Shown: positions 1 to 9,190 of the stretch, piece by piece | Layout: each line of letters opens with the position of its first letter | Numbering within the stretch: position 1 is the stretch's first letter | Translations under genes and position numbers: made by a program | The notes under the pieces: model-generated | Databases searched by the model: none | What the model saw: only the letters and a program-made list of their open reading frames with translations | What the model was told of the DNA's origin: nothing | From: a bacterium | GTDB taxonomy: Bacteria > Zhuqueibacterota > Zhuqueibacteria > Oceanimicrobiales > Oceanimicrobiaceae | Assembly: GCA_037446635.1 (NCBI GenBank) | Contig: JBBIIG010000006.1 | Location: 74,635-122,776 of the forward strand | Direction of reading: 5' to 3' | Length of the DNA: 48,142 nucleotides

Positions 1-654
1 ACCGGTTACGAATCGACGGAGGCGACGATTGCATTCACCCGCGCCGCGGCCGATTTGGGCGCCGACGCCGCTCTGGTTTTGACGCCGAATTACTATAAGC
101 CGCAACTGACGGACGACGTTTTCCAGGGTCATTTTGAGAGCGTCGCCAACCGCTCGCCCATCCCGGTTATTTTATACAACGTGCCGGTGTTTACAGGGGT
201 CGATATGTCGGCCCAGGCGATCCGCAAGCTGTCCGAGCACGAGAATATCATCGGCGTTAAAGACAGCACCGCTAACTTCGCCAAATTGGTTGAGCTGACG
301 CAGCTTTCTCGAAAAACCTTCAGCTTGATGATTGGCAATTTCGGCAACTACTTTTCGGGTTTATTTTTGGGGGCGGCCGGCGCGATTTTGGCGGTGGCTA
401 ACTTTGCCGCCAAAGATTGTTTGGAAATTTATCGCTGCTTTCAGAACAAGTCTTTTGAGCCGGCGCGCAGCATTTACCTGCGCATTTTGCCGCTGGCGAC
501 GAAAGTGGTTGGCCCGTTCGGCGCGCCGGCGATCAAAGCGGCCATGGATCTGTTGGGGCTGTTTGGCGGCGCACCGCGCGCGCCGCTGCTTCCTGCGGAT
601 GCCAGATTAGTGACCGAAATCGAGCAGCGTTTGCGAGCCGCTGAACTTCTGTAA
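1..654 (+). CDS. Dihydrodipicolinate synthase/N-acetylneuraminate lyase family protein (5'-truncated by window edge)
   Basis: Frame is open from base 1 (TGYESTEATIAFTRAAADLGAD). Motifs TPNYYK, ILYNVP and the Schiff-base lysine in GVKDS. Confidence 0.9.
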   Translation, partial: TGYESTEATIAFTRAAADLGADAALVLTPNYYKPQLTDDVFQGHFESVANRSPIPVILYNVPVFTGVDMSAQAIRKLSEHENIIGVKDSTANFAKLVELTQLSRKTFSLMIGNFGNYFSGLFLGAAGAILAVANFAAKDCLEIYRCFQNKSFEPARSIYLRILPLATKVVGPFGAPAIKAAMDLLGLFGGAPRAPLLPADARLVTEIEQRLRAAELL

Positions 655-673
655 TTTAAACCAAGAACAGGAT

Positions 674-1027
674 ATGATTAAAATCATCGAAAAAACCGTT
701 GATAAGTTAGTTGTGCTATCGCTGGAGGGCAAGTTGACCGGTCTCGAGGGACGCGGCGTAATCCAGGAGAAAGTACGGGAAAGCGTCAAAGGCAAGGTGA
801 AGCACGTCGTTTTGGATTTGTCAAAAGTCATGTGGATTGATAGCACCGGATTGGGAGAGTTGATCGCCTCACTTTCTTCCCTCAAGAAAAGCGACAGCAC
901 ATTAGTTTTGGCCAGTCTGCAGGCGCCGGTGCAAAGCCTGCTTAAAATGACCAACCTCGATCAGATATTCGATGTTTACGACACCGTTGAAGCGGCCGTC
1001 GCAAAGCTGAATAAATCCAAAAAGTAA
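674..1027 (+). CDS. STAS-domain anti-sigma factor antagonist (SpoIIAA/RsbV-like)
   Basis: 117 aa; VVLDLSKVMWIDSTGLGEL with the phosphorylatable Ser in DSTG. Confidence 0.9.
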   Translation: MIKIIEKTVDKLVVLSLEGKLTGLEGRGVIQEKVRESVKGKVKHVVLDLSKVMWIDSTGLGELIASLSSLKKSDSTLVLASLQAPVQSLLKMTNLDQIFDVYDTVEAAVAKLNKSKK

Positions 1028-1038
1028 ATTCTAAAACC

Positions 1039-1086
1039 GGAGTGGGGCCTGTCCGGCAGGCGGGCAAAACTAAAGTTTGGCACTCC
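1039..1086. repeat. REP-like palindrome GGAGTG..CAAAACTAAAGTTTGGCACTCC interrupted by a GCCTG-TCCGG-CAGGC mini-palindrome
   Basis: Outer arms GGAGTG/CACTCC; inner GCCTG..CAGGC at 1047-1061; lies between convergent genes. Confidence 0.55.
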
Positions 1087-1092
1087 TTTTTC

Positions 1093-1869
1093 TCATCCGT
1101 ATCTACCTTCAATATACTCAGCGGTTTTGGAGTTTTTGGGCGCTAGAAACAAATCTTCAGTTGCGCGGTGCTCGACGATCTCCCCTAACAGCATGAAAAT
1201 ACACTCGTCGCTGATGCGACGCGCCTGCGCCATATTGTGCGTTACAATCAGAATGGTGTAGCGTCCGGCGAGGCTGAGCATCAAGTCTTCAATGGCGCCG
1301 GTGGCTTCCGCGTCGAGTGCCGAGCAGGGTTCGTCCATCAAAATAATTTGCGGCTTCAACGGCAAAAGGCGGGCGATGCATAATTTTTGCTGTTGTTCGA
1401 GCTGCAGGGTCGTCGCTTTGGTTTTCAATTTGTCTTTTAAATCATTCCAAAGAAACACCTCTTTCAGAGCCTGTTCCACCATCTCATCGGCGGAGGATTT
1501 TTTTACCCCGCCCATTTTGGAGTGAATGCGCAGCCCGAAAATGATGTTTTCATAAACCGAAATCGGCAGCGGATTGGGGCGTTGGAAGACCATGCCCACG
1601 GTTTTGCGCAATTCCGGCAAAGAGACATCCCCATCGTAAATGTTTTTCCCCAGAATTTTAATTTCGCCGGTGGTGGTGACGTTGCCGTAGCGTTCGTTGA
1701 CGCGGTTGAAGCAGCGCAGCAGGGTGGTTTTGCCGCAGCCCGAGGGGCCAATTAAAGAGGTAATCAAGCCGTGGCGAATTTTGACGCTAACATTGATCAG
1801 CGCCTGAAAATTTCCGTACCAGAGGTTGAGACGGTTGGTTTCGATGCTGAAGTTGGTATGCGATCTCAT
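1093..1869 (-). CDS. pstB: Phosphate ABC transporter ATPase PstB (degenerate signature motif)
   Basis: Walker A GPSGCGKTT, Q-loop VGMVFQRPNP, Walker B LMDEPCSALD, H-switch VTHN, PstB-type C-terminus TAEYIEGRYG. Signature reads LQLEQQQK. Confidence 0.93.
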   Translation of the reverse strand: MRSHTNFSIETNRLNLWYGNFQALINVSVKIRHGLITSLIGPSGCGKTTLLRCFNRVNERYGNVTTTGEIKILGKNIYDGDVSLPELRKTVGMVFQRPNPLPISVYENIIFGLRIHSKMGGVKKSSADEMVEQALKEVFLWNDLKDKLKTKATTLQLEQQQKLCIARLLPLKPQIILMDEPCSALDAEATGAIEDLMLSLAGRYTILIVTHNMAQARRISDECIFMLLGEIVEHRATEDLFLAPKNSKTAEYIEGRYG

Positions 1870-2630
1870 CCAAAAATTCCGTTCACGTATTCGTAGGTAA
1901 TTTTATTGGCGGGGTTGTCGGAGAAGATCACATCCGTCGCGCCGATTTCGATGAGTTCGCCATTCAAAAAAAACGCTGTGCGATCCGCCAATCTGCGCGC
2001 CTGCTGCACAAGATTGGTGACCAGAATGATGGTGACTTGCGAACGCAGCTCTCTTAGCACGTCTTCAATGCGCATGGTGGTGACCGGATCAACGGCGATG
2101 GAAAATTCGTCGAGACAGAGAATTTCCGGCTGATGGGAAAGGGCGCGCGCGATGGTGAGCCGCTGCTGCTGGCCTCCGGAAAGCCTGGTGCCGAGACTAT
2201 CCAACCGGTCTTTCACTTCATCCCACAAAGCTGCCTGGCGGAGACAGCGTTCCACCAGTTCATCTAATTGCGCGCGATTGCGGATGCCCGCGGCGCGCGG
2301 CGCGAAGGCAACGTTGTCGTAAATGGAGAGTGGCAACCCCACCGGCAGGGGAAACACCATTCCTATTTTTCGCCGCAGCTCATACACGTTTTTTATTTTT
2401 TTGACCTCTTCGCCATCGACTTTCACGACGCCGGTGACCCGGGCAGCGGGTATAAATTCAATGGTGCGATTGATAACTTTCAAAAGCGTGGTTTTTCCGG
2501 ATTGCGCCGGTCCGATGATGGCGAGAATTTCGTTGGCAAAGACATCGAGGGTGATGCCTTTGAGCGCAACTTTGCGGCCATAGCTTACGGCGAGATCAGA
2601 AATTTCAATTTTTTTTGCGGATGAATTCAT
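1866..2630 (-). CDS. pstB: Second phosphate ABC transporter ATPase PstB (degenerate Q-loop and H-switch)
   Basis: GPAQSGKTT, LSGGQQQR, LDEFSIAVD, ALWDEVKDRL; located in the pst operon with a 4-bp overlap to the next gene. Confidence 0.9.
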   Translation of the reverse strand: MNSSAKKIEISDLAVSYGRKVALKGITLDVFANEILAIIGPAQSGKTTLLKVINRTIEFIPAARVTGVVKVDGEEVKKIKNVYELRRKIGMVFPLPVGLPLSIYDNVAFAPRAAGIRNRAQLDELVERCLRQAALWDEVKDRLDSLGTRLSGGQQQRLTIARALSHQPEILCLDEFSIAVDPVTTMRIEDVLRELRSQVTIILVTNLVQQARRLADRTAFFLNGELIEIGATDVIFSDNPANKITYEYVNGIFG

Positions 2631-2640
2631 TATGGGTTCG

Positions 2641-3573
2641 TTACCATTTTTTCCTTGAACGCAGATACACGCGGAAGACGATCGCCAGCGCGTTGACCAG
2701 TAAGACCGTGCCGAGAAGCACCACCGCCGTTCCGTACGTCAGGGCCTCCGGCACGTTAGGAACTTGCGTAGAAATGGTGAACAAGTGCATGGAGAGCGCC
2801 ATGCACTGGTCGAAAAGTCCATACGCGAAAATGTCGCCCTCTGGAATGGCTTTAAAAAAGACAGCGCCAGTGAACATGATGGGTGCGGTTTCACCGGCGG
2901 CGCGCGAAACCTGCAGAATGATGCCGGTGAGAATTCCGCTGATGGAATTGGGAAGCACAATGCTGCGAATGGTTTGCCAGCGCGTGGCGCCCACGTTCCA
3001 GCAGGCTTCGCGAAAGGCCATGGGCACGGAGGCCAGAGCCTCTTTGGTGCTGGCAATGATCACCGGCAAAGTCATAATGGCCAGCGTCAACGACGCGGCC
3101 AGAATGGAGCGGCCAATGCCAGCAAACAGGACGAACGCGCCCAGTCCAAACAGCGCATGGACGATGCTGGGCACGCCGGCCAAATTCACCACGGCGAGAT
3201 TGATGATGCGGGTAATCCAGTTCTCGCGGGCGTATTCGTTTAAGTAAACCGCCGCCAGCACGCCAATGGGCGCGGAAATCAACAAAGAGATGATGACCAA
3301 ATAAAAGGTTCCGAGCAGCGGTGCCCACACGCCGCCCGCCCGCATGCCGCGCACCGGGTTGCTGAGCAAAAAGTCGAGGGAGAGCACCGGCAGCGCTTTG
3401 ATGAATAAGTACTCGATAATCAGCAGCAGCGGCGCGATCATCAAAAGCGCCATAAAGAAAAAAATGTACTTGGCGAGATTTTCGCTGAACTTCTTTCGCC
3501 GCCCTAATGATGTTTCACTGAACAATTGGGACGCAGATGTTTGCGGGATTGCGGTGGTGATTTCTCGTGTCAT
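2641..3573 (-). CDS. pstA: Phosphate ABC transporter permease PstA
   Basis: YLNEYA, LAGVPSIVHALFG, SRAAGETAPI motifs. Confidence 0.95.
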   Translation of the reverse strand: MTREITTAIPQTSASQLFSETSLGRRKKFSENLAKYIFFFMALLMIAPLLLIIEYLFIKALPVLSLDFLLSNPVRGMRAGGVWAPLLGTFYLVIISLLISAPIGVLAAVYLNEYARENWITRIINLAVVNLAGVPSIVHALFGLGAFVLFAGIGRSILAASLTLAIMTLPVIIASTKEALASVPMAFREACWNVGATRWQTIRSIVLPNSISGILTGIILQVSRAAGETAPIMFTGAVFFKAIPEGDIFAYGLFDQCMALSMHLFTISTQVPNVPEALTYGTAVVLLGTVLLVNALAIVFRVYLRSRKKW

Positions 3574-3584
3574 TTTGATAAGTT

Positions 3585-4487
3585 TTATTTATTTCGAATG
3601 CCCTTTACAATGAGATCGGAAAGCAGGTTGACCACAAAGGTGATGGTGAACAGCAGAATTCCAATGATGAACAAAACCTGGTAGTGCTCCGATTTTACCG
3701 GCGCTTCGCCCAGCTCAGCGGCAATGGTGGCAGTCAGCGTTCGCACCGAGTCAAACAAACTGCCGGGAATTTTTACCGCGTGTCCGGTGGCCATCAGCAC
3801 TGCCATGGTTTCGCCGACGGCGCGGCCAATTCCCAATAAGACCGCGGCCAGCAAGCCGTTTTTGGCCGCCGGCAGCAGCACCCGGTACACAATCTGCCAG
3901 CGGGTTGCGCCCAGCGCCGCGGCGGCCTCGCGATAGGAATCGGGCACCGCTTTCAGCGCATCCTCACCGATGGAAACGATAATGGGCACACTCATCAGCG
4001 CCAGGATGAAGCTGCCGTTGAGCACGGTCAGACCAATGGGAACATCGAAGAGCGCGATGATGACCTGATTCATCACCGTGAGTCCGATGAAGCCCCACAC
4101 CACGGAAGGAATGGCGGCCAACAACTCAATCACAATTTTAAAGGTTTCTTTGAGCTTGGGACCGCAGAACTCGGAGATGAAGATGGCGGCGCCGAGCCCG
4201 AACGGCACCGCAATCAACATCGAGGTGACGGTGACGCTGGCGGTGCCGGCGATGAGTGCGAGTACGCCGTAGCGTTTGTTGCTAACGGAAGTGGGGTACC
4301 ATTCCGGGCTGGTAAAAAATTCTTTTAAGTTTAACCCGTCGAAAAGAAAACCGGCGCCCTCGCGAAAAACAAAGATAAAAATTAAAAACACGAAGATGAT
4401 GGCGCTGATGCCGCACAGCCGGATCAGCCACTCGATGCCAACCTCGGTGATGGATTCAAAACGGTGGCGCGCTTTTTTCCCTGCCAA
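3585..4487 (-). CDS. pstC: Phosphate ABC transporter permease PstC
   Basis: ELLAAIPSVVWG and GRAVGETMAVLM motifs. Start moved to TTG at 4487, just after the pstS stop. Confidence 0.93.
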   Translation of the reverse strand: MAGKKARHRFESITEVGIEWLIRLCGISAIIFVFLIFIFVFREGAGFLFDGLNLKEFFTSPEWYPTSVSNKRYGVLALIAGTASVTVTSMLIAVPFGLGAAIFISEFCGPKLKETFKIVIELLAAIPSVVWGFIGLTVMNQVIIALFDVPIGLTVLNGSFILALMSVPIIVSIGEDALKAVPDSYREAAAALGATRWQIVYRVLLPAAKNGLLAAVLLGIGRAVGETMAVLMATGHAVKIPGSLFDSVRTLTATIAAELGEAPVKSEHYQVLFIIGILLFTITFVVNLLSDLIVKGIRNK

Positions 4488-4488
4488 G

Positions 4489-5415
4489 TTATTCCCCCGC
4501 CGATGATTCTTGCAATCTGCGTTTTTCCGGCGGCAGCGGCACATAGCCACTTTCTTCTACAATCTTCTGACCGGCGTCCGAATATATCCACTGTAAATAT
4601 TTTCTGGTTTGCTCATTGGGAGCGCCAGAAGAATACATGTAAAGCGGGCGAGCGATGGGATAAGTTCCTGAAAGAGTGGTTTCGATGCTGGGGGCGTAAT
4701 AAGGCTCGCCAGCTTTGCGGGCGACTTTAAGCATTTTGACTTCCGGCGTCGCATAGCCCATTCCGCTATAGCCGATCGCGCAAGGCGTCTTGGCGACCAG
4801 CTCCACCACGTCTTTGGAGCCGTGGAGATCGCGCGAGCCCAATTTGAAATCGCGCTCGGTTCCCAACAGCGCCTCGCGAAAGTAATGATAGGTGCCGGAA
4901 TTGGATTGCCGGCTGACGCGGACGATTTCGTCGCTGGAGCAGTTGGGGTGCTGGATTCCAAGCTGCGACCATTTGGTGATGGCGCCGCCTTCGCCGTAAA
5001 TATCCGCCAACTGTTCAATGGTGATTTCATTCAGGGGATTGTCTTTGTGCACATACACCGCTAAGGCATCGTAGCCAACAACAAACTCAATCGGCTCGTG
5101 GCCCATCGCGCGAGCCCTTTCCGCTTCTTCGGGGTCGATTTTGCGGCTGCTGTTGACGAGATCCACTGTGCCGTTAATCAGCGCCGCGATGCCGGTGCCG
5201 GAGCCGCCTCCTGAAACTTCAACGGAAACCGTGGGTTCAATTTTCGCGTATGCCTCGGCCCAGGCCTGCGCCAGGTTCACCATGGTATCCGAGCCGGCGT
5301 TTTGGATGACGCTCTTGCCGGATTGCGTGTCCGCGGTGTCGCTTTTTCGGCCGCAGCCCCCCAATGTGAGCATCAGCGCTAACGCGAATAAAACACCTTT
5401 TGAAAATTTAATCAT
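4489..5415 (-). CDS. pstS: Phosphate-binding lipoprotein PstS
   Basis: Lipobox LGGC, AGSDTM, GGGSGTGIAAL, SRQSNSGT, YPIARPLY. Confidence 0.95.
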   Translation of the reverse strand: MIKFSKGVLFALALMLTLGGCGRKSDTADTQSGKSVIQNAGSDTMVNLAQAWAEAYAKIEPTVSVEVSGGGSGTGIAALINGTVDLVNSSRKIDPEEAERARAMGHEPIEFVVGYDALAVYVHKDNPLNEITIEQLADIYGEGGAITKWSQLGIQHPNCSSDEIVRVSRQSNSGTYHYFREALLGTERDFKLGSRDLHGSKDVVELVAKTPCAIGYSGMGYATPEVKMLKVARKAGEPYYAPSIETTLSGTYPIARPLYMYSSGAPNEQTRKYLQWIYSDAGQKIVEESGYVPLPPEKRRLQESSAGE

Positions 5416-6533
5416 GTTTTTCCCTCCTCTTTTTGAAAATCGTCAATCAGCACTGCGTCAATAAGATTGTGAATATTTTTATGGAGAGTCGTGTAGGCTT
5501 TTTCATAAGCCGCTTGTAGTTTTTGTTCCGGGCCTTTCAACTGTGAAGGATCATTGATATACCAACTGATGCTGACGGTTTTGGTTGGCGGCGGTGGGAA
5601 GGCCACGTCGGACTCTTTGCTTAAGGAGATGATCACCTGGTAGGCCTCCGGTTCCGGGATTTCATTCAAATATTTGGAATTTTGCTTTGAGATGTCGATG
5701 CCCTTCTCGGACAAAAAGCGCACGGTTTGCGGGTCCACTGGCTGGGGCGCGATTCCTGCGCTGTTGAAAATCACCTTGTCCAAACCCAGAGATTTGCCAA
5801 TGCCTTCGGCCATCTGGCTTACGCAGGAGTTGTTGGCGTCCACGAACAGCACCCGGAACACATCGACGCCCTCGTGTTTGATGTTTTGCCCGGTGCCCAT
5901 AAACAGCACTTCTTCGCAAATATTGCAAGCCTGATCCGCCACGCGTTCAAATCGGCTGGCAATGATCATCATTGGCGCCAACGCCTCCGAGGACAACTGG
6001 CCGCTGTCCCTCAAACGCATCAAATCCTGGGTTACGCTGTAGCGCAGGTCGTCCACCTTTTCTTCCAGTTCGATGGTGGCGTTGGCGAGATCGATGTTGG
6101 TATCCACGAAAGCCTGGATGGCGTTTCGAAGCATGGGAATGGCGAGATTGGCGATTTCAACAAATCTTTTGTACTTAGGAAACGGTTCGATGCCGCTGAT
6201 CTCCAAAAAATGACGGGCGATGCTTTCGGCGTAATCGCCGATGCGCTCCAGCTCATTGTTGATTTTGATGACCGCATAAACAAAGCGCAAATGCCCGGCC
6301 GCGGGATGGTGGCGCACAAAAAATTTCTGGCAAAGCAGATCCAACTCTTTTTCCAACTCGTCGATATAGCGATCGCGCAAGATAACCGAGTACGCCAGTT
6401 GCTGGTTTTTCTCGTCCAGCGCCTGCAAGCTGGTTCGCAGTGCGGTTTCCGCGAGGTTGGCCATTTCCAAAACTTTGTCTCGAATTAGATCGATATCGCG
6501 CTGCAGAGCTTCTTCCAGTAATTGTGATTTCAT
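5412..6533 (-). CDS. phoU: PhoU fused to a C-terminal ArsC/LMW-PTP-like domain
   Basis: Two PhoU repeats (LERIGDYAESI, FERVADQACNICE), followed by VLFVDANNSCVSQMAEG...SAG...GIDIS...SK...WYINDP of the LMW-PTP/ArsC fold. Confidence 0.9.
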   Translation of the reverse strand: MKSQLLEEALQRDIDLIRDKVLEMANLAETALRTSLQALDEKNQQLAYSVILRDRYIDELEKELDLLCQKFFVRHHPAAGHLRFVYAVIKINNELERIGDYAESIARHFLEISGIEPFPKYKRFVEIANLAIPMLRNAIQAFVDTNIDLANATIELEEKVDDLRYSVTQDLMRLRDSGQLSSEALAPMMIIASRFERVADQACNICEEVLFMGTGQNIKHEGVDVFRVLFVDANNSCVSQMAEGIGKSLGLDKVIFNSAGIAPQPVDPQTVRFLSEKGIDISKQNSKYLNEIPEPEAYQVIISLSKESDVAFPPPPTKTVSISWYINDPSQLKGPEQKLQAAYEKAYTTLHKNIHNLIDAVLIDDFQKEEGKT

Positions 6534-6570
6534 ATCAATTTGCCGGCTATTGAAAAATAAAAGTGAGTTA

Positions 6571-6613
6571 TCTTAAGAGGTCTTAAGAAAAAATCAGGTG
6601 AAATATAAGAGGT
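6571..6613 (-). promoter_or_regulatory. Possible Pho-box-like direct repeats upstream of the phoU-pst operon
   Basis: TCTTAAGA at 6571 and 6581 and TATAAGAGG at 6604, roughly one-helical-turn spacing, 40-80 bp upstream of the phoU start. Confidence 0.3.
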
Positions 6614-6643
6614 GGGGAGGTTATTTGCAAAGGAAAAATGGAT

Positions 6644-8059
6644 TCATTTTAACACTCCAATCGCTATATAAAAGATGAGAGAAAACGCTGCGGCCAGCAA
6701 AGCATAAGGGAGCTGCGTTCGCACGTGATCGATGTGATCGGAGGCGGAAGCCATGGAAGAAATGATGGTGGTGTCGGAGATGGGGGAACTATGATCGCCG
6801 AAAATACCGCCGCTGAGAACTGCCCCGATGCTGAGGTAGAGATTGGCGTGTATTAATTCCACCATCGGAATGCCGATGGGGATCATCATGGCAAACGTTC
6901 CCCAAGAGGTGCCAGTCGAAAACGCGATGAAAGCGGCCACCACAAACAGAATCGCCGGGACGAATTTGGGGCTCAGCCAGGCCTGCGCCAAATTGGCCAC
7001 AAACGGGCCGGTGCCTAATTCTTTGCAGGTATCGCCAATGGCAAACGCCAGCATCATCAGCAGGGCCAGCGGCATGAGCCCTCCCAGTCCTTTGAAAAAG
7101 AGCTCCACCAGCTCGCGCAATTTCATGATGCCCTGTGCTCGATACAGCATTCCCGCAACTAAAATCGCTGCCAGCACCGCCCAAAAAACCGCGGTGGCGC
7201 CGGAGCCGTTCATCAAATTGCCGCCGCCGGTGATGAATAAACCGATGGGCATCATCAGCACCATGACCGCAATGGGGACGAGCATGTTGGCTGCGCGTTT
7301 AGGTACGCCCGCTTTGGGTTCAAGAGTGGTGATTTCGGTGGAGACCACCGGTTCCGCGCCGTCGCGCAGCACCTTGCCTTCTTCACGCGCGCGTTTTTCC
7401 GCCGCGGCCATGGGGCCAAGGTCTTTGCCGGTTACGATCACAATTAACACCACGGCAATAGCGAAGATCGCATAAAAGTTGCATGGCAGCGATCGCAATA
7501 AGGCCGCGAAAGGTTGCTCGATGTTCTGCGCCGCCAGCAGCCCCATCACAAACGCGCCCCAGCCATTGAGCGGGATCATAATACAAACCGGCGCCGAAGT
7601 GGAGTCGCAAATGTAAGCCAATTTTTCCCGCGATATTTTGAGTTGATCGAAAATGGGACGCGCGATGGCGCCGGTGACCAAACAGGTGATGCTGGATTCC
7701 ACAAAGATCACCATTCCCGTGCAGAAAGCCAACAAACCGGCGCTGCGCCGGGATTTTACCAAACCTTTGCCTAATATCCAGTCGATAAATCCCTGCACGC
7801 CGCCGGAATATTGCGTGAAGGCAATGAGCGCGCCCACCATGCCGCTGAAGGCGATGACTTTCGTGTTGCCGCTGTCGCGGAAAACGCGGATGCAGCACTC
7901 CAGCGCTTCGGCGAGACCCGAAAGGGGATTGCCGTTTCCCAAAATCGTCCACCCTAACCAGATGCCGAAGAAGAGGGAGATGAAAACCTGTTTCGTCCAA
8001 ATGGCGAGAATGATGGCGATGAGGGGAGGGAGGATGGAGAGCCAGCCGACGGTTTCCAT
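6644..8059 (-). CDS. Na+/H+ antiporter NhaC-family transporter
   Basis: SREKLAYICDSTSAP, AFSTGTSWGTFA, FGDHSSPISDTTI, HIDHVRTQLPYA; polytopic membrane protein. Confidence 0.9.
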   Translation of the reverse strand: METVGWLSILPPLIAIILAIWTKQVFISLFFGIWLGWTILGNGNPLSGLAEALECCIRVFRDSGNTKVIAFSGMVGALIAFTQYSGGVQGFIDWILGKGLVKSRRSAGLLAFCTGMVIFVESSITCLVTGAIARPIFDQLKISREKLAYICDSTSAPVCIMIPLNGWGAFVMGLLAAQNIEQPFAALLRSLPCNFYAIFAIAVVLIVIVTGKDLGPMAAAEKRAREEGKVLRDGAEPVVSTEITTLEPKAGVPKRAANMLVPIAVMVLMMPIGLFITGGGNLMNGSGATAVFWAVLAAILVAGMLYRAQGIMKLRELVELFFKGLGGLMPLALLMMLAFAIGDTCKELGTGPFVANLAQAWLSPKFVPAILFVVAAFIAFSTGTSWGTFAMMIPIGIPMVELIHANLYLSIGAVLSGGIFGDHSSPISDTTIISSMASASDHIDHVRTQLPYALLAAAFSLIFYIAIGVLK

Positions 8060-8401
8060 TCTTCAACCACGAATTTCACGAATGACACGAAAGTGATTGA
8101 AAGAGATCGCAAGAACGCAGTTGTCATTCAGGAGGAAACTTTTCAATTCAACTGACCGGTCTAAATTCAAAAAAGGTTCCTCCTCAATGACATAAAGAAT
8201 TAGTGCAATTCGTGAAGCCAGCCGACGGGTTCCATGTTAACCACGAATTTCACGAATGACTCGAAAATGATTGAAAGAGATCTTAAGAACGCAGTTGTCA
8301 TTCAGGAGGAAACTTTTCAATTCAACTGACCGGTCTAAATTCAAAAAAGGTTCCTCCTGAATGACATATAAAAATTAGTGTAATTCGTGCAATTCGTGGT
8401 T
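8040..8401. repeat. Tandem duplication of about 175 bp; each unit holds a 71-bp TGTCATTCAGGAGG..CCTCCTGAATGACA inverted-repeat element inside CCACGAAT..ATTCGTG repeats
   Basis: Units at 8040-8215 and 8216-8389; inner elements at 8122-8192 and 8296-8366. Confidence 0.9.
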
Positions 8402-8407
8402 ACCAAC

Positions 8408-9190
8408 TCAGCGCACCGCCGCCAGCACCTTTTCCACGATTTCGCCAAAATAATCCGGCGAGTCGGGGCTGTACTTGACTGGATGATTGACACAGGATTC
8501 TTCAATGCACTCGTGGCTGCAGGCGTAGCAGCCGGGGTTGAGAGAAGTATCGCCGTAAACGTCGCGCAGTTCGTAGAGCTTTTGCACTTGCTCTTTTGGC
8601 AAAACCTGCTCGCCTCCCAACGCGCGCGCGATGAACACAATTTTGGCGAAGTGCTCCACCCGCTCCATCTTGAAATAGGCGTCCATCAAATCACGGCCAA
8701 TGGTCACCACGCCGTGATTGGCCATCAGAAAGGCTTCGCAGGAGTGGATGAACGGCTTAAGCGAGTTGGGCAGCTCCTCCGTGGAGGGCGTGCCGTAAGC
8801 GGCCAGCGGGATGCTGCCAATGGTGACAATCACTTCCGCCAGCACGCATTTGTCGAGGGGGATGCCGGCGGTGGCGAAGCCGGTGGCGAAGGGCGGGTGG
8901 GCGTGCACCACGGCCTGCGCGTCCGGACGCTCGCGATATATAAACAGGTGCATCGGCAACTCGGTGGAGGGCCGGCCGTCGGAAAGCTGTCGCCCGCTCA
9001 TATCGACAATCACCATTTTTTCCGGCGCCATGAATCCTTTGGAGACGCCGGTGGGCGTGGTGAGGATGCGCTCGTTATCGAGCCGCACGCTGATGTTGCC
9101 GTCATTGGCGGCCACGAAACCGCGGGCGTACATGCGGCGGCCAATTTCAACAATGGTTTGGCGGAGGGCAGAATCGGAGGCGGTAGTCAT
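8408..9190 (-). CDS. Class II aldolase/adducin family protein (FucA-like) with Cys-rich C-terminal tail
   Basis: DGNISVR, TPTGVSKG, PSTELPMH, VHAHPP, MANHG. Start set at MTTASD (9190). Confidence 0.9.
   Translation of the reverse strand: MTTASDSALRQTIVEIGRRMYARGFVAANDGNISVRLDNERILTTPTGVSKGFMAPEKMVIVDMSGRQLSDGRPSTELPMHLFIYRERPDAQAVVHAHPPFATGFATAGIPLDKCVLAEVIVTIGSIPLAAYGTPSTEELPNSLKPFIHSCEAFLMANHGVVTIGRDLMDAYFKMERVEHFAKIVFIARALGGEQVLPKEQVQKLYELRDVYGDTSLNPGCYACSHECIEESCVNHPVKYSPDSPDYFGEIVEKVLAAVR

Noticed and set aside
8040..8401. Possible CRISPR array
   Set aside because: Only two units, near-identical intervening sequence, inverted arms and no cas genes. It is a tandem duplication.
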